Of a DNA stretch of 21,070 bases, positions 18,119-21,070 are shown in pieces. The position numbers were made by a program, and so were the translations under genes. Position 1 is the first letter of the stretch. Every line of letters starts with the position of its first letter. The DNA comes from Fibrobacterales bacterium (lineage in GTDB: Bacteria; Fibrobacterota; Fibrobacteria; Fibrobacterales; JAOPTW01): assembly GCA_051532035.1 (NCBI GenBank), contig JAOPTW010000023.1, positions 1 through 21,070 on the forward strand, read 5' to 3'. Below the pieces are notes generated by a model. The model did no database searches. It had not been told where the DNA came from and worked only from the letters and a program-made list of their open reading frames with translations.

Positions 18119-19219
18119 ATGAATTTATTTGAATCACTACATAAAATAGAAAAAAAATACGCAATAACATTTTTTGCCTTTTTATTGGCCGCTATCCTTG
18201 GATCAATGTCGATCTACAATGAGTTTATACGGGATGATAATCCGACATTAAAAATCACATTATTAAACAATACAAATGTTCTTGATGTCAAAGAAGAGGT
18301 GAGTGAATTAAAAATATTTTATGGTGATGAAGATATTAAAAATTTGAATAAAACATTGTCTGTTGTTCAATTTCAAATTACCAACGAAGGCAATGAACCG
18401 ATATTGAATGAATATTATGATGAAGGATATCCGTTTTATTTAAGTATTAATGAAGGGAAGTTTGTAAAAGCAGAACAAATAAAATCGACAAATGATTATT
18501 TAAAAAAAACAGCTATTCCAATAATAAATAGTGATACAATCATATCACTTCCAAAAATTATTTTAGAACCTAGTGAAAGTTATACTATAAAAACCTTAAT
18601 TATTCACAAATCAGACTCTAGCATTAATTTTTCTACCATGGGGAAAATTGCAAAAGTAAAAAGCATTGAGTTAGTTAGTCAAGTCCTAGACAATAAAGAT
18701 CAGTCATATTGGCGTAATGCATTTGCAGGAGGGATCGGCATTCAGGCTGGTAGAATTAGTGCATATACAATTCTATTAATAATTCTATTAATAATCATTA
18801 TTCTTCCAGTTGTATTAGTAAACGATTTTATAACATCCCGACAACGAAAAAAAATCGTCAAACAATTTAAATTACACAATAAGAAAAAAATCACCAACCA
18901 TCCTGATATAATTTTTTCAACATATATTTCCGAAGGATTGTATGTTTTGGAAAAGTCAAACAATATTTTATCTAATAACGATGCAAAAGGTATCAGAAGA
19001 TATTTAGATGGGGTCAATTCGCAAAAGAATAAAATCGATTACATTGAAAAATCAAATATGACTTATCCGTCGGCAATCACATATTTGAGTCAAACTCGAG
19101 ACTTTATTTCAAAATTAAATGTTTTAAATACAGGCCATGATAATAAGCCTAAAATCGACAATGAGAAAATCAAATTCCTAAGTCAGTTTATTGAGTTTGC
19201 CACAATAAAAGAAAGTTGA
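18119..19219 (+). CDS. Hypothetical membrane protein with two TM segments
   Basis: Hydrophobic YAITFFAFLLAAILGSMSIY and ISAYTILLIILLIIIILPVVLV flank a beta-rich domain. Very AT-rich. Confidence 0.85.
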   Translation: MNLFESLHKIEKKYAITFFAFLLAAILGSMSIYNEFIRDDNPTLKITLLNNTNVLDVKEEVSELKIFYGDEDIKNLNKTLSVVQFQITNEGNEPILNEYYDEGYPFYLSINEGKFVKAEQIKSTNDYLKKTAIPIINSDTIISLPKIILEPSESYTIKTLIIHKSDSSINFSTMGKIAKVKSIELVSQVLDNKDQSYWRNAFAGGIGIQAGRISAYTILLIILLIIIILPVVLVNDFITSRQRKKIVKQFKLHNKKKITNHPDIIFSTYISEGLYVLEKSNNILSNNDAKGIRRYLDGVNSQKNKIDYIEKSNMTYPSAITYLSQTRDFISKLNVLNTGHDNKPKIDNEKIKFLSQFIEFATIKES

Positions 19220-19459
19220 TAGCAGGTGTGATAACATAAAGTAACATATGGATTTATATGATTATGTTAAAACCTACCCAATACCTGAAAAGCTACTCAA
19301 TAATTTGGCAACATATATATGACAGTTTGTTTTTAAATTATTGATTCCTTATAAAAAAAGTAAATACATACGGTATGAAGCAATTAATAGTCGGAAAAAT
19401 TCTCAGCAGAAAGCTGACTAAAGAAAGGTTTGACGATCTTCCGATTGTCTAAAATAAGA

Positions 19460-20470
19460 ATGCAAGATTTAATTAACAAAGTATATGATCATGTTGAAAG
19501 TGGAGAAATTGACAAAGCGGTATTTACTTGTGTGAGATTAGCAAGAAAATGCAAAGACACCTTTTCAACTGTTATTTTTTTGCGAGAGCTCACAACCGAT
19601 GAGAGACAATTGCAAACAGCTCTGTATGATGAAATTAGACTTTTTAAAAAAGAAGCGCAAAAATATGCATGGGATAAGTCATATGAAATGTGGCTTGAGG
19701 AAAGAGAGCTTGATTTTGATATAAATATGAATGATGGTCCAAAATCTATTTTAAAAAGCGGAATTGGTGATTTGCAAAAACAAGTTAAACAAGATCAAGA
19801 TAGAATTACTGCAATCCAGCTACCTGCAGGCTTGAGTGCAGATTCATATGAATATGAACTCGGTAGAATTGATCATTTTCGTTCCATTTTATCTTTAAAA
19901 ATATCTGGTGAATATACTGTAATTGAACGAATAAGAACGAGATGTTTTTTATATGCTTCACGAATTGAAAGAGAGAGAGCTGGTCAATCTAAAACTGAAC
20001 CGTTTTTAACAGCTATTCAACAAAAAGTTAATAATTACTTTAATCATCATTCAGAAGATGTTTATAATAAAATTCAAAAAGCTCAAAACTTAATTGATTC
20101 TGATAACCCAGAGGACTTTGCATTACTATTAACATCTGTTCGTCGAGCAATGCATGCTGTCGCAGACCATTTTTATCCTCCTCAAAAAGATCTTGTTGTT
20201 TGTGCTGACGGTGTTAAAAGAGAATTAGGAAATGAACAATACTTAAATCGGATTGAAGAATTTTGTATTATTAAAATATCAAAGTCAGCTTCAAAGGATT
20301 TGATAAAACAAGAAGTCAAATATTTGACAACATTTTTTCGGAGATTAAACGATGTCGCTTCTAAAGGTGTGCATACAGATGTGAGTAAGAACGAAGCAAA
20401 ACAAGGTCTGGTTGGATTATATATGTTTCTTTCAAATTTGATTCATAAGTTGGAAATAGAAGCAGAATAA
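19460..20470 (+). CDS. AbiTii-like N-terminus plus helical C-terminal domain with NDxxSKGVH (HEPN-like / predicted nuclease)
   Basis: N-terminal AVFTCVRLAR...FLREL pattern. C-terminal SVRRAMHAVADHFYPP...YLNRI...LNDVASKGVH...EAKQ. Start is ATG 19460 or TTG 19430. Family call from memory. Confidence 0.65.
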   Translation: MQDLINKVYDHVESGEIDKAVFTCVRLARKCKDTFSTVIFLRELTTDERQLQTALYDEIRLFKKEAQKYAWDKSYEMWLEERELDFDINMNDGPKSILKSGIGDLQKQVKQDQDRITAIQLPAGLSADSYEYELGRIDHFRSILSLKISGEYTVIERIRTRCFLYASRIERERAGQSKTEPFLTAIQQKVNNYFNHHSEDVYNKIQKAQNLIDSDNPEDFALLLTSVRRAMHAVADHFYPPQKDLVVCADGVKRELGNEQYLNRIEEFCIIKISKSASKDLIKQEVKYLTTFFRRLNDVASKGVHTDVSKNEAKQGLVGLYMFLSNLIHKLEIEAE

Positions 20471-20652
20471 CCTTTTCGAGTGATTTTACGCCCTAATCCT
20501 TCTTATGTATGGTGAATAATTAAAATTGATGTAAAGTAAACTGAGATTAATGTGCTCCCCCCCTCCCCTCGTTTCACCCCTTGTCTTAGGTCAAAATGTC
20601 CGCTTGATTACCGGTGCCTAATATATTATTGGTATCACCCCAAATTTCACAT

Positions 20653-20973
20653 CTGATCAAGTATGCTATATGGGCGTGACTACGAAAATGGCGAGTTAAC
20701 TAATTAAAATAGCCATTTAGGTTGTCTCATATTTTTAGCCAAAACCAACACCAAATCACAACCCTCCACACATTTGTAGCCAATTAACTGGTCAATAAAA
20801 ATAAGAATAGTACAGTCTACCCATCTTCCGAGTTCACGCAAAATAAGCCCTTATTTAGTGACATCTTACTCGGCCTCTCTCAACTTAGTGAGATTCCCCG
20901 GACTCGGAAGATTTTCTATTCACCATCGATATCCCAAAGCAACCCTCCCCCATTTCACACCTGATGAAGCATG
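20653..20973. repeat. Dispersed structured non-coding repeat, copy 2, preceded by a diverged copy of its own tail
   Basis: 20742-20973 matches 7868-8100, and 20653-20741 matches 8088-8177. Confidence 0.85.
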
Positions 20974-20994
20974 TCCTGTTACTTATACAACAAT

Positions 20995-21070
20995 CTAAAA
21001 GTCGCCGAGAGGTATATCTACTACAGCAAAAAGACCGACATACAGCAACGGATCTGTACTGACTGATGCA
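20995..21070 (-). CDS. 3' end of a duplicate of the 8877..9416 OMP-like gene (runs off the window)
   Basis: 76/76 identical to 8877-8952, including the stop codon. Confidence 0.85.
   Translation of the reverse strand, partial: ASVSTDPLLYVGLFAVVDIPLGDF

Noticed and set aside
838..19017. Short ORFs nested in or antisense to long genes (e.g. 838..1065, 3427..3711, 3751..4209, 9154..9462, 10907..11155, 16815..17048, 18742..19017)
   Set aside because: Shadow frames of well-supported CDSs with no independent signals.
1..21070. Prophage, IS, complete integron, tRNA or rRNA
   Set aside because: No structural phage genes, transposase, IntI or recognisable stable RNA gene was seen.

Overview
AT-rich accessory region of a bacterium, probably Fibrobacterota, judged from a FISUMP/Fib_succ_major lipoprotein and several Ser-rich-linker lipoproteins. 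No housekeeping, rRNA, tRNA, integrase or transposase gene is visible. In order: (1) a 21-bp-period array of a 9-bp core with variable ~12-bp spacers, upstream of an uncharacterised helical protein; (2) a coupled OMPLA/PldA-like + phospholipase D pair; (3) a 3-gene module (integrase core-binding-like, hypothetical, DUF2188) enclosed by mirrored repeat blocks, with two predicted antisense sRNA units; (4) a run of lipoprotein/outer-membrane protein genes; (5) candidate defence genes (Zn-ribbon-HEPN, 2-TM protein, AbiTii-like). The same four landmarks occur twice, ~10-13 kb apart and in the same order, with different cargo between them: PLD 3' end + terminator, a 183-bp attC-like site, a ~230-bp structured repeat, and an OMP gene 3' end. 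This suggests a cargo-swapping hotspot. All calls were made by eye, with no database searches.
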